A DNA stretch of 63,996 nt, filler included, from Octopus bimaculoides (lineage: Eukaryota), in the NCBI RefSeq assembly GCF_001194135.2. It is 5 parts of 5 records of this genome, joined end to end, with 100 filler letters (N's around TTAATTAATTAA, not from the genome) between each part and the next. Parts side by side here need not be neighbours in the genome. Positions count along the whole stretch, not along the records: positions 1 to 28,506 come from NC_069001.1; 4 more parts are not named here. One strand, 5' to 3'. Below, piece after piece: positions 1 to 11,437 of the stretch (the first letter of the stretch is position 1; every line of letters starts with the position of its first letter). Below the pieces are notes generated by a model that saw nothing but the letters and a program-made list of their open reading frames with translations, did no database searches and was not told the DNA's origin. The position numbers were made by a program, and so were the translations under genes.

Positions 1-60
<60 letters not shown>

Positions 61-66
61 TGTGTA
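1..66. repeat. (TG)n microsatellite
   Basis: Near-perfect TG array at the window start. Confidence 0.95.
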
Positions 67-519
67 TGTATATATATATTCATATATATAAATAATACAG
101 AACGGGACAAGAACGCAAAACACCCAGACAGTTAGGTGATACAAGAAAGGGACAACAAAACATCCAGATAGACGATACAAAGAAAACACGGACAGGTCAT
201 TCGGAGTTTTCTCTCTTCAGTCGAGATCCAGATTATCCTTGCAATTTCGGTAAAAAAAAAATTGTGCAGAAGGACGACAAAGAAACAAACGGAAAATCAT
301 CCGCAAGACATGGACAGTCACCTCTCATCAGTTAATAGTCGAAAATCATCAAGATTTCGCGCCATTATCGATAGCATTATCTATTTTGGTGGTGTCAGCA
401 GCAAACGCTGCTAGGATAAGTGAGCGTACGCAAAACATAAGCCAGCGATAAACGACAACAGAATAAGCACTAGACATAATGGGGAAATGACACAGGTAGT
501 TGGTATTTATATATATATA

Positions 520-745
520 TAAAACAGGTCGCGATGGGTGAATTGTCGCCATTTTATATTTCTAATTTCGCGCATGCGCATTGTTTGTTTTTGATTTTGT
601 CGACTATACAGTATAATAGGGTTAGTTGGGCACCGTCTGTGAGAAAAACAGCACTATGACGCAATTCACTGCGCCAGAAATTTGATAAAAATCAATTATC
701 CAGTTAACATAATAGTGTTTGGAGTGATCACTAGTGATGGCGACG
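520..745 (+). mobile_element. Tc1/mariner-superfamily (DD37D/maT-like) transposon relic, internally deleted
   Basis: ORF 682 begins [21 protein letters not shown], resembling the K-x-P-x-x-x-MVFG-x-(I/V)-x-S-x-G segment of Tc1/IS630-type transposases. It is cut by a (TA)n tract. Subfamily assignment is from memory. Confidence 0.55.
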
Positions 746-751
746 TATATT

Positions 752-753
752 TA

Positions 754-845
<92 letters not shown>

Positions 846-1000
846 CATGTATGTATATAGGGACATACATATACTTATCTATACATACACATGCACAGCA
901 TATATATATGTATATATATAAATATGTGTGTGTGTGTGTGTTTGTGTGTGTGTGTACGTATGTATTTATATATGTGTGTATATATAAGCACATATATGCG
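752..1000. repeat. Compound (TA)n/(TG)n/(TATG)n microsatellite
   Basis: Visible directly; source of the IYIY/VCVC pseudo-ORFs. Confidence 0.9.
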
Positions 1001-1019
1001 TTACTTGCTTTTGTTTTTG

Positions 1020-1230
1020 CTTCCACAATGTTTGACAACCGATGCTGGTTTGTCTACAACTCGTAAGATAGCTGTTCTGCAAAAGAAAACTAATAGAATA
1101 AGTTCGAAGCTTAAAAATACAAGTACAAGATGCGATTTGTTCAACTAAAACCACCTCTTCAAGGTGGTGTTCTACTATGCCCCCAGTCCAATGGCTGAAG
1201 CAAGTAAATGAATAAAAGAATAAGAAGAGG
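1020..1230 (+). mobile_element. SINE family C, degenerate 3' half
   Basis: ttgacaaccgatgctgg ... caaggtggtg ... tgaagcaagtaa matches the 3' half of the copy at 36385-36752. Confidence 0.6.
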
Positions 1231-1639
1231 AAAGAAGAGACGAGGCGTTTCTTTAATGAACTAAAGAAAAAAAATGGTAGCATAAAGAAAAATGAATGAT
1301 TGAATGAATGAATGAAGAAATAATGGTCGAAGAAATAAAAGGAATTTCGAAATGTAAAATTAAAAGCATTAGTGAAATACGAATGCATCTTGTTAGCAAA
1401 ATACAATTTTTTAGAACATTGCATGAATATAATGTCCACCAGAACCGCAAAAGAGTAACTACATCTTAAACAACAGCAGCAGCAGCAGCAGCCGTTGTAG
1501 CAACAGCTGCAGCAGCAGCAAAAACAACAATAACAATTGTAGCAGCAACAGCAACCACAAGCATGTGAGCAACTACGTCGAAGAAGAGAATGGAGAACTC
1601 ACCTAACAAGATAACCAAATATTTCAACACGAAAGAGGT

Positions 1640-2250
1640 TAATGATACGAGGTGAAAGATATGTCTTAAATAAGACATTATATGATAAATATATGATATG
1701 TGATATAAGACATAGGATGTAAGACATGAGCATAGGATATAGGACATAAGATTTATGATATAAAACATTGTATGGTGTAAGACTGAAGATATGCTGTGTC
1801 AAAATAGGAAACAAAACAAAAAACTTGAAAAATGAGATGAAACTTGATATGAACCAAAAGATATAGACAGACGTAAAATAATAGATATACGACGTAGGGC
1901 ATACGTCATATGGTATAAGGCAAGATTTACGACAGAAGTCCTAAGACATGACATAAAATATAAGGTATACTTCATACAACTTCAGACAAAAGACAAATGA
2001 CTTAATACATTAGTCATATTGCATATATAAGGCATAAGACAGAAGATAGACGACATAACACTTACGATATATGGTACGATATAGGATAAAAGATATAAAG
2101 TAGACGACATAGGACTTAAGACATAAAACGTGGCATAGGACTTAAGACATAAAACGTGGCATAGGACTTAAGACTTAAGGTACAGTATACGACAGAAGAC
2201 ATAAGATAGACAACATAGGACTTAAGACATAAAACATGACATAAGACATC
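1640..2250. repeat. Cryptic heptamer-based minisatellite (ATAAGAC-like) with a 26-bp higher-order unit
   Basis: Recurrent ataagac/ataggac/ttaagac/ataaaac. The unit ataggacttaagacataaaacgtggc is perfect at 2109-2134 and 2135-2160. Confidence 0.8.
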
Positions 2251-2859
2251 ATGTTCTAATTTGTCATCTACATTAGCAACCATTCCTGCTATACATCGTT
2301 CTTCTCCTTCAGAAGCATCAGACAAACGAAAACACATGCGATAGAGTGCAACTGGGTCAAAGGCGATGTAACAATACTAAATGTTGATTGGAAAATATGC
2401 CAGCATGTCTGTTGGCAAAAAAAATGTTGGACAAAATAATCGATTTATTTTGCTGTTCAGAAACGTAGAAAACAATATTTCTTTGAAAGTTGCATGTGGT
2501 GTGATTAGAGTTACATGTGTATCCGTTGATTGATTAAAAAAAACGGTTTTTTATTAGTTATTGATGTTTGTGTTGTTTTTTTCTTTTTAATCTGTGTAGC
2601 GTGTAATTTCGAGCAAGTCGACCCTTGAGTTACCTTTAACCAAAGTGAATCATATTTCATACGATCTCAACAAATTTTGTCGTATTCTCTAACGATTTTG
2701 CCAAATGTTGAGCAGAATTAGAGCGGATAAATTCTCATTTCTTAAGATCTTAGATAAAAATAAATAAATAAATATCATAAAAATAATTAAAAAAAGAATA
2801 AAACAAAAACTGAAACTGGTGATGGACTGATTTGGCAAAAGAGAAATAATAATGGTACC

Positions 2860-3052
2860 AAATGTTGACACCAGGCCAGAAATTTTAGAGGAAAGGAGCA
2901 AGTCGATTACATCGACCCCAAGAATTGTTGTTACTTTATGTTATCAGTCCCGAAAATATGAAAAGCAAAGTCGACCAAATTTGGGATTTGAACTTAGAAT
3001 ATACAGTAGAGCATTTTTGTCCGGTACGGTGAGGATTCTGTCAATTCGCCAC
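2860..3052 (-). mobile_element. SINE family D, degenerate
   Basis: gtcgattacatcgacccc ... gcaaagtcgacc ... atttgaac matches the reverse complement of the copy at 44980-45190. Confidence 0.7.
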
Positions 3053-3130
3053 AATAATGAAAATAATAATGATAATAATGATAATAATAATAATAATAAT
3101 AATAACAATAATAATAATAATAATAAATCA

Positions 3131-3420
3131 GTCTCGGTGGAATCAGTCTCTTGAAATTTTTTGACAATTTTCCAGATTGTTGTTCGGTATATTTTAAGCT
3201 GTTTTGTTATAATAGCTGGATTACTTTCGCCTCTTTTGCGGCGGGTTATGATTGTATTTCGGTCTATAGACATTATCTAATTTATAAATCAGAATTTATT
3301 TAGTCTGAAACAAAAAGAAGACACACTAAGCTTTTATAATGATGTATAATTTTCATATCTTATCGCATTTATTGATAGTTATTAAAACCCGAAACTTCGG
3401 TTGTCTCAATTTCGGGACAC
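3131..3420 (-). mobile_element. Tc1-like transposon 5' end with the N-terminal HTH of the transposase
   Basis: ATG at 3273 (-) gives MSIDRNTIITRRKRGESNPAIITKQLKIYRTTIWKIVKKFQETDST, a paired-like HTH typical of Tc1. It then runs into (TTA)n. Confidence 0.7.
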
Positions 3421-3508
3421 NNNNNNNNNNGTGCTCTACAAAACTACAGAGTAACCCATCAGATTAATTTTAAATTGTTTTCATTATAATCGAACATAAA
3501 CACATACG

Positions 3509-3555
<47 letters not shown>

Positions 3556-3770
3556 TTTACCTTCTACTTGTTTCTGATATTAAACTCCGGTTATGCTGGA
3601 GCACAGCCTTGGAGAACATTAGCCGAAAGAATCAACCCCCAGATATTTTAAACCCTGTACTTAACTTGTCGGATTTTTGCCGAACCGCTAGATTACGAGA
3701 ACGTAAAGGTACCAACACCAGTGTTGTCAAGCGGTGGATGAGGACAAATACAGACACAAAGACACACTTA
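3556..3770 (-). mobile_element. SINE family C, 3' half
   Basis: tgctggagcac ... gccgaaccgcta ... gttgtcaagcg is the reverse complement of the family C 3' half. Confidence 0.75.
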
Positions 3771-3804
3771 GGTGTATACTTATATACAGGTATACATACA
3801 TACA

Positions 3805-3840
<36 letters not shown>

Positions 3841-3950
3841 TCCACTGCGTGGCACCTTGGGCAAGTGTCTTCTACTATAGCCTCGGGCCGACCAAAGCTT
3901 TGTGAGTGGATTTGGTAGATGGAAACTGAAAGAAGCCTGTCGTATATATG
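3841..3950 (+). mobile_element. SINE family C, 5' half (headless)
   Basis: ccactgcgtggcaccttgggcaagtgtcttctactatagcctcgggccgaccaaagc ... ggaaactgaaagaagc. Confidence 0.85.
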
Positions 3951-4513
3951 TGTGTATATATATATATANNNNNNNNNNNNNNNNNNNNNNNNNNNNNNNN
4001 NNNNNNNNNNNNNNNNNNNNNNNNNNNNNNNNNNNNNNNNNNNNNNNNNNNNNNNNNNNNNNNNNNNNNNNNNNNNNNNNNNNNNNNNNNNNNNNNNNNN
4101 NNNNNNNNNNNNNNNNNNNNNNNNNNNNNNNNNNNNNNNNNNNNNNNNNNNNNNNNNNNNNNNNNNNNNNNNNNNNNNNNNNNNNNNNNNNNNNNNNNNN
4201 NNNNNNNNNNNNNNNNNNNNNNNNNNNNNNNNNNNNNNNNNNNNNNNNNNNNNNNNNNNNNNNNNNNNNNNNNNNNNNNNNNNNNNNNNNNNNNNNNNNN
4301 NNNNNNNNNNNNNNNNNNNNNNNNNNNNNNNNNNNNNNNNNNNNNNNNNNNNNNNNNNNNNNNNNNNNNNNNNNNNNNNNNNNNNNNNNNNNNNNNNNNN
4401 NNNNNNNNNNNNNNNNNNNNNNNNNNNNNNNNNNNNNNNNNNNNNNNNNNNNNNNNNNNNNNNNNNNNNNNNNNNNNNNNNNNNNNNNNNNNNNNNNNNN
4501 NNNNNNNNNNNNN

Positions 4514-4817
4514 GTGCAAGTGGCTGAGCACTCCACAGACACGTGTACCCTGAACGTAGTTCTCGGGGGATATTCAGCGTGACACAGTGTGACAAGGCTG
4601 ACCCTTTGAATTACAGGCACAACAGAAACAGGAAGTAGGAGTGAGAGAAAGTTGTGGTGGAAGAGTACAGCAGGGTTCGCCACCATCCCCTGCTGGAGCC
4701 TCGTGGAGCTTTAGGTGTTTTCGCTCAATAAACACTCACAACGCCCGGTCTGGGAATCGAAACTGCGATCCTATGACCGTGAGTCCGCTGCCCTAACCAC
4801 TGGGCCGTTGCTCCTCC
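4514..4817 (-). mobile_element. tRNA-derived SINE family A (tRNA-Arg-like head), 3' end in gap
   Basis: Reverse complement of the family A consensus with a pol III A-box (ggcccagtgg) and B-box (gtttcgattcc). Confidence 0.9.
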
Positions 4818-4925
4818 ACCCAGCTATAGCAAAACAGATTGAAATATACCGAACAACAATCTGGAAAATTGTCAAGAAATTTCAAGAGACTGGTTCCACC
4901 GCTGGTCGACCTGGACGTGCTCCCA
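4818..4925 (+). mobile_element. Tc1-like HTH fragment (second copy)
   Basis: PAIAKQIEIYRTTIWKIVKKFQETGSTAGRPG; ~95 bp homologous to 3131-3230 in the opposite orientation. Confidence 0.7.
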
Positions 4926-5199
4926 GATTCACTCTGACTCGGGAGTGAGTAGTAACTGTCATGGGCCCCCACTTATGCGACAAATAACAGAAGATGGTTC
5001 CGTTGTTAAGGCGTACAAGGCTGAGAGAAGGGCTGTTCCTTTAGAGTTACGTTACACGGTGTAATGAGATGCCTTGGTGTAACGTGATCCAGTCACCACA
5101 TCCCTTTCTACCTAAGCGTAAAATGGGCCCTGTTTCAACTCGAGGGTTAGCTATGGTGTGCAGGAGACTTGCAGATAGTTAACAAAATAATGTGTTAAA

Positions 5200-5225
5200 T
5201 AAGCAAGCAGCAGCAGCAGCAGCAA

Positions 5226-5258
<33 letters not shown>

Positions 5259-5270
5259 GAACATCATCAA

Positions 5271-5308
<38 letters not shown>

Positions 5309-5405
5309 ACAACAACAACAACCGCCACCGCCACCACCGCCACAGTCCCAAAGCAGACATCAACAGCAACAAAATCAGTAACAACAACAACAACAACAAC
5401 AAAAA
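5200..5405. repeat. In-phase compound trinucleotide array (CAG/CAT/CAA/CAC)
   Basis: Visible directly. Confidence 0.9.
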
Positions 5406-5785
5406 ACCAACAATCGACAATTTGATTTCAGAATTTGGTAAAGAACATCTCAAGAGAATGTCTTAGACTTGGTGGAGGGATGACGCTAAGAAGTTAGTCT
5501 AAAGAAAGAAGAAAGAAAAAAGAAAAAAACAGAATAAAACACACACATATAAAATACAAAAAAAAGAAGAAAAAAAATTAAAATCAGTAATACTGATTGG
5601 CGGTGCCCCAGCATGGCCACAGCGTTTGGGATGGAACATATAATTGAAACAAAGGAATAAAAAAGTCGTAAACAAATAAAACAAATAAATAAATGAATAA
5701 ACTGAGCCAAAACAACAGCAAAAAACAACAATAAGAGCGTCGATAATTACAATTTTATCATTCCCATTAAAAACATGAGATTTCT

Positions 5786-5930
5786 AGCCAATGGTGGCGT
5801 CGTTGCTGCAAGCGCGATTTCTGATTGGCCGAGAAGAATTCCTGAACATGATTGAGTGAGTGAGTGACCTAGTTTTAAATATTCCGGTATTCAGAAATAT
5901 CTGTGCAGAGCTGGGAAGAGAAAGGTAAGT
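5786..5930 (+). promoter_or_regulatory. Candidate promoter/first exon: two opposed CCAAT boxes and a consensus 5' splice site
   Basis: CCAAT at 5788-5792, ATTGG at 5824-5828 and AAG|GTAAGT with GT at 5925-5926, all in non-repetitive sequence. Confidence 0.35.
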
Positions 5931-5989
5931 TTGGGGGAATGGGGAGAGGCGGGGTGGTGGTTTGATGTTACACTATCGACCAACACGTT

Positions 5990-6025
<36 letters not shown>

Positions 6026-7683
6026 CATGTGCGTGCGAAGGTGAGCATATTTACACACATACAAACACACACACTTACACAGATACATATACACTACATA
6101 AATACATATATGTTTACAAGTACATATACACATCCACATACATACACGTGTATGATCTCATATATATATATAAATATATACACATACATACATACATATA
6201 AATATATACACATACATACATACATATAAATATATACANNNNNNNNNNNNNNNNNNNNNNNNNNNNNNNNNNNNNNNNNNNNNNNNNNNNNNNNNNNNNN
6301 NNNNNNNNNNNNNNNNNNNNNNNNNNNNNNNNNNNNNNNNNNNNNNNNNNNNNNNNNNNNNNNNNNNNNNNNNNNNNNNNNNNNNNNNNNNNNNNNNNNN
6401 NNNNNNNNNNNNNNNNNNNNNNNNNNNNNNNNNNNNNNNNNNNNNNNNNNNNNNNNNNNNNNNNNNNNNNNNNNNNNNNNNNNNNNNNNNNNNNNNNNNN
6501 NNNNNNNNNNNNNNNNNNNNNNNNNNNNNNNNNNNNNNNNNNNNNNNNNNNNNNNNNNNNNNNNNNNNNNNNNNNNNNNNNNNNNNNNNNNNNNNNNNNN
6601 NNNNNNNNNNNNNNNNNNNNNNNNNNNNNNNNNNNNNNNNNNNNNNNNNNNNNNNNNNNNNNNNNNNNNNNNNNNNNNNNNNNNNNNNNNNNNNNNNNNN
6701 NNNNNNNNNNNNNNNNNNNNNNNNNNNNNNNNNNNNNNNNNNNNNNNNNNNNNNNNNNNNNNNNNNNNNNNNNNNNNNNNNNNNNNNNNNNNNNNNNNNN
6801 NNNNNNNNNNNNNNNNNNNNNNNNNNNNNNNNNNNNNNNNNNNNNNNNNNNNNNNNNNNNNNNNNNNNNNNNNNNNNNNNNNNNNNNNNNNNNNNNNNNN
6901 NNNNNNNNNNNNNNNNNNNNNNNNNNNNNNNNNNNNNNNNNNNNNNNNNNNNNNNNNNNNNNNNNNNNNNNNNNNNNNNNNNNNNNNNNNNNNNNNNNNN
7001 NNNNNNNNNNNNNNNNNNNNNNNNNNNNNNNNNNNNNNNNNNNNNNNNNNNNNNNNNNNNNNNNNNNNNNNNNNNNNNNNNNNNNNNNNNNNNNNNNNNN
7101 NNNNNNNNNNNNNNNNNNNNNNNNNNNNNNNNNNNNNNNNNNNNNNNNNNNNNNNNNNNNNNNNNNNNNNNNNNNNNNATATATATATATATGCATGTAT
7201 ATATGCATTTATATGTATTTAAATGTATGTATATGTAACTAATGCGTGTAATACGTATGTATATCTGTGAGTGTGTCAGTACGCGCGTGCGTATGTGTAT
7301 GCACTTGTGTGTGTTTGCGAGTTCATATGTCATTACACAAACACACACACACACATACACACAGAGACACACACACACACACACATACACACGCACGGGC
7401 GCGCACAGTAACAGCTACAGACACTACCTTTGTTCTAAGAAAAATTCCCGTTAATATTTATTCCAAACACTAATATTATAATAAGCCCTTTCCGAATTTA
7501 ATTAAGAATGATTGTTGCCGAACGTTTGCAAAGTTTATACTTAAAGAGATGGCATTTGAATATTCTCCAATTTTCGGATAGTCTCAGTAGATTTCCGATG
7601 TTTAGAAAACAATACGGCAATGCTCACATGCATTAAAAAGAAAGGATACATTCCAGAGCAGCCTTATAATGATCACTGTATCA

Positions 7684-7759
7684 CCTGCTGATGAAGGCGG
7701 GGTGTACGTATACATAATTTCATATACATTTCGGCGAGAAACATGGATCCATATCCAGG
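7684..7759 (+). ncRNA. Degenerate type I hammerhead ribozyme motif
   Basis: Stem I CCUG(7684-87)/CAGG(7756-59), core CUGAUGA (7688-94), stem II 7696-7706/7725-7735, GAAA (7738-41), stem III AUG-GAUC-CAU, AUC cleavage triplet (7753-55). There is a 2-nt insertion before GAAA. Confidence 0.55.
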
Positions 7760-7769
7760 GAAAGTATGT

Positions 7770-7770
<1 letters not shown>

Positions 7771-7835
<65 letters not shown>
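7771..7835. repeat. (ATCT)n microsatellite
   Basis: Visible directly. Confidence 0.9.
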
Positions 7836-7836
<1 letters not shown>

Positions 7837-8361
7837 GTCTGTCTATGTGTGTCTCTCTCTTTATACATCTGTGTGTGCCTCTGTGCATGCGCACGCGTAT
7901 ATATATATATANNNNNNNNNNNNNNNNNNNNNNNNNNNNNNNNNNNNNNNNNNNNNNNNNNNNNNNNNNNNNNNNNNNNNNNNNNNNNNNNNNNNNNNNN
8001 NNNNNNNNNNNNNNNNNNNNNNNNNNNNNNNNNNNNNNNNNNNNNNNNNNNNNNNNNNNNNNNNNNNNNNNNNNNNNNNNNNNNNNNNNNNNNNNNNNNN
8101 NNNNNNNNNNNNNNNNNNNNNNNNNNNNNNNNNNNNNNNNNNNNNNNNNNNNNNNNNNNNNNNNNNNNNNNNNNNNNNNNNNNNNNNNNNNNNNNNNNNN
8201 NNNNNNNNNNNNNNNNNNNNNNNNNNNNNNNNNNNNNNNNNNNNNNNNNNNNNNNNNNNNNNNNNNNNNNNNNNNNNNNNNNNNNNNNNNNNNNNNNNNN
8301 NNNNNNNNNNNNNNNNNNNNNNNNNNNNNNNNNNNNNNNNNNNNNNNNNNNNNNNNNNNNN

Positions 8362-8535
8362 CCCAACATCGCTTGACAACCGATGCTGATGTGTTTACGT
8401 CTCCGTAACTTAGCGGTTCGGCAAAGAGACCGATAGAATAAGTACCAGACTGGGGTCTAATTTTTCGACTAAACCCTTCGAGGTGGTGCTCCAGTATGAC
8501 AGCAGTCCAGTGACTGGAGAAGTAAAATATGAAAA
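8362..8535 (+). mobile_element. SINE family C, 3' half
   Basis: cccaacatcgcttgacaaccgatgctg ... cttagcggttcggcaaa ... ggtgctccag. Confidence 0.85.
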
Positions 8536-9003
8536 GATGTGGTTTGATTTTGAGCGATATTTTGGCTGATATTTCTAGCAGGTCAGCCAAGCGACTAAGT
8601 CGGGACTTACTTGCTTCACAGCTCCGTCTCGTGTTTATGTTGGGTTGCCGTTTGTTTTCGCTCTACTTTCCACCATATGGAATTCTCGTGGTTCCTGGCC
8701 GACACAGTTCTTATAAAAGCCAGTCAGCCACTCAGCCAACCAGCTACCACCCAGCAAGCCAGTCTACCAACAGACATGACGCTCGGTTGGGCGGTAGGCC
8801 AGCGAGTCAGTGAGTTTGGTAGACAAACGATCAATGAATCGATCACGTAGACGGATCTAAACCAAACTGTAACATATATACATACATGCATACATTCACT
8901 CATTCATACATAATTACACACATATGTGCACGCACACATACATACATACATACATACATGTATACATACATACATACATACATACATACATGCATACATA
9001 CAT

Positions 9004-9050
<47 letters not shown>

Positions 9051-9054
9051 TTCA

Positions 9055-9150
9055 AAAAAAAGGAAAAAGACAAAAGAACAATAACAAAAAACAACAACGT
9101 GATGACGTGATACAGATAGTGTTACTAGACGTTCGGGAAAGGAAAGGTGT
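9055..9150 (-). mobile_element. Truncated copy of the hammerhead-bearing (Penelope-terminus-like) short repeat
   Basis: aacaacaacgtgatgacgtgatacagatagtgttactagacgttcgggaaag is homologous to 57775-57835. It stops before the ribozyme core. Confidence 0.7.
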
Positions 9151-10077
9151 TTGTATGTATGTATGTATGTATGTATGTATGTATGTATGTATGTATGCAT
9201 GTATGTATGTATGTATATATACATGTATGCATGTATATAGTTCTAAACACCAGGACATTAGGACATTAGAGTGGCTGTGCCTNNNNNNNNNNNNNNNNNN
9301 NNNNNNNNNNNNNNNNNNNNNNNNNNNNNNNNNNNNNNNNNNNNNNNNNNNNNNNNNNNNNNNNNNNNNNNNNNNNNNNNNNNNNNNNNNNNNNNNNNNN
9401 NNNNNNNNNNNNNNNNNNNNNNNNNNNNNNNNNNNNNNNNNNNNNNNNNNNNNNNNNNNNNNNNNNNNNNNNNNNNNNNNNNNNNNNNNNNNNNNNNNNN
9501 NNNNNNNNNNNNNNNNNNNNNNNNNNNNNNNNNNNNNNNNNNNNNNNNNNNNNNNNNNNNNNNNNNNNNNNNNNNNNNNNNNNNNNNNNNNNNNNNNNNN
9601 NNNNNNNNNNNNNNNNNNNNNNNNNNNNNNNNNNNNNNNNNNNNNNNNNNNNNNNNNNNNNNNNNNNNNNNNNNNNNNNNNNNNNNNNNNNNNNNNNNNN
9701 NNNNNNNNNNNNNNNNNNNNNNNNNNNNNNNNNNNNNNNNNNNNNNNNNNNNNNNNNNNNNNNNNNNNNNNNNNNNNNNNNNNNNNNNNNNNNNNNNNNN
9801 NNNNNNNNNNNNNNNNNNNNNNNNNNNNNNNNNNNNNNNNNNNNNNNNNNAAGCCTAACCACAAAAACCGTGCCTGCGCAATTTGTCTTTTGTTTGTTTG
9901 CTTCTCTTACGAAAACAGACAATTTAATTTTCATTTTCCAATCCTTAACTAAAAAAGGCTGAGTATGAATAGAATAAAACTTAATTTAACTCCAAATGGC
10001 CGTACAACTTTCAATCTCTTGTTGTTCGTTCAGTTGTGAGCTTGTTTTGTTTCTTCCTTTCTTCCGCAGACGTCGCC

Positions 10078-10185
10078 ATGTTTGCATCTGAAAGCATTTG
10101 TATTCAAAATACAGACGATGTTAAGTATTTCTATTTTGGAACGGTGAAGCTCGAAGCAGATAAAACTAAAAATAATGACATGTAA
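10078..10185 (+). CDS. Candidate 35-aa small ORF or terminal exon (MFASESICIQNTDDVKYFYFGTVKLEADKTKNNDM)
   Basis: Strong polypyrimidine acceptor ending at AG 10068-69, gccATG context and an open frame to TAA. A diverged paralogue ~263 bp downstream conserves TVKLEADK through synonymous changes. Confidence 0.3.
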   Translation: MFASESICIQNTDDVKYFYFGTVKLEADKTKNNDM

Positions 10186-10331
10186 TTAACGGGTTAAAAC
10201 CTCCCTTTGGACAAAATATGTTGAAGGCTGCCCGTAGAGAACGAACCCACAACTGTTGTTAACATGACTGACGTAAGACTAAAGTAATCCTCTGAATTTC
10301 TCCATCCGTTTTTGACGTTTTATTCTACCAG

Positions 10332-10449
10332 CGGGAAATGTATGTTGTTAACGTCCTTAAGAATTGAGAAACGTGGGGAGAACGTGAAATAATTCTTTTC
10401 TAGGACCGTGAAACTGGAAGCAGACAAAGTTATAAATAACAGCGTATAA
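10332..10449 (+). pseudogene. Diverged tandem paralogue of the 10078 ORF (frameshift plus in-frame stop)
   Basis: Acceptor-like ttttattctaccag, ATG at 10338 out of frame with TVKLEADKVINNSV*, and TAA where copy 1 has TAT. Confidence 0.3.
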
Positions 10450-10622
10450 ATTTGAGCTAAAACCCTACTATCTGCTTCGAGTTTTATCATTCAGTAAGGA
10501 ATTAATTCACGGTCTCTTGAAGATTTGAAATTCTTATGACGTGCAGACGACGTCGTTGATGTCGATGCCGCTGTTGTTATAATGGCTGTTGTGTCTGTTC
10601 CAATCCAAGTTTAATATTGCAG

Positions 10623-10817
10623 TTTGGGTGAAAGGGAAAGAATGGCTTCAACGTGTATCAACTTTAGATTAAGGTTTGTAGCGGGAGGACTTGGCTACGA
10701 TGATTGCGCCTCGGGCATGTTTGGTCAAGCAATTTGCATTCCATTCGGAACATGGTTCCAATTTGGGAACATTGCTTCATCGGAACAATATAGGCGATGC
10801 CACATTTGCATTCAGAA
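10623..10817 (+). other. Weak candidate symmetric 195-nt exon
   Basis: attgcag| acceptor and |gtgagc donor with one frame open throughout. The peptide is not recognisable. Confidence 0.15.
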
Positions 10818-10989
10818 GTGAGCAAAATCTCACAGCAAGTTCAAAGGCGGTTCTTTACACGTTCGTTTCTTAAGGAGACATTTAATCAATAAATCAATAT
10901 CTGCTTGCGTTGTTGGCAAGGATACAGTTAATACGTAGCCAATATCTCTCATTGTAATAAAGGTTACTTACATCGGAACAAACAAAATA

Positions 10990-11050
<61 letters not shown>

Positions 11051-11069
11051 GGACAATAATAATAACTTC

Positions 11070-11145
11070 TAACTTGTTGTCTCTTGAGGTCTCTGGGTGA
11101 GACTTGGATCCAACTTGTACAAATGCAATGCAAAAGTCAAACATA
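11070..11145 (+). mobile_element. Probable R4/Dong-type 3' UTR fragment embedded in (TAA)n
   Basis: Short unique insert (gaggtctctgggtgagacttgg ... aagtcaaacat) flanked on both sides by TAA arrays. Family assignment is from memory. Confidence 0.4.
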
Positions 11146-11146
11146 A

Positions 11147-11178
<32 letters not shown>

Positions 11179-11212
11179 TAATGATAATAATGATGATGAT
11201 AATAATAATAAT

Positions 11213-11402
11213 CTTTTCTACTCCAGGGGAGGGGCCAGTCGAATAGATCGACCTCAGTACGCAACTGGTACTTAATTTATCGACCCCGAAAGGATGAATG
11301 GCAAAGTCGGCCTCGGTGGAATTTGAACTCAGAACATAAAGACAGACGAAATACCGCTAAGCAATTCATCTGTCGTGCTAACGTTTCTGCTAGGTCACCG
11401 CC

Positions 11403-11405
<3 letters not shown>
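11213..11405 (-). mobile_element. SINE family D
   Basis: Reverse complement of the family D head (ggcggcgagctggcagaaacgttagc) and central gcctttcatcctttcggggtcgataaattaagtaccag block. Confidence 0.9.

Positions 11406-11437
<32 letters not shown>

Noticed and set aside
90-250. Hammerhead candidate on the minus strand (CUGAAGA-GAG-AAAA-CUC-CGAAU)
   Set aside because: GAAA is not intact and no stem I partner was found. It may be a decayed repeat terminus but cannot be supported.
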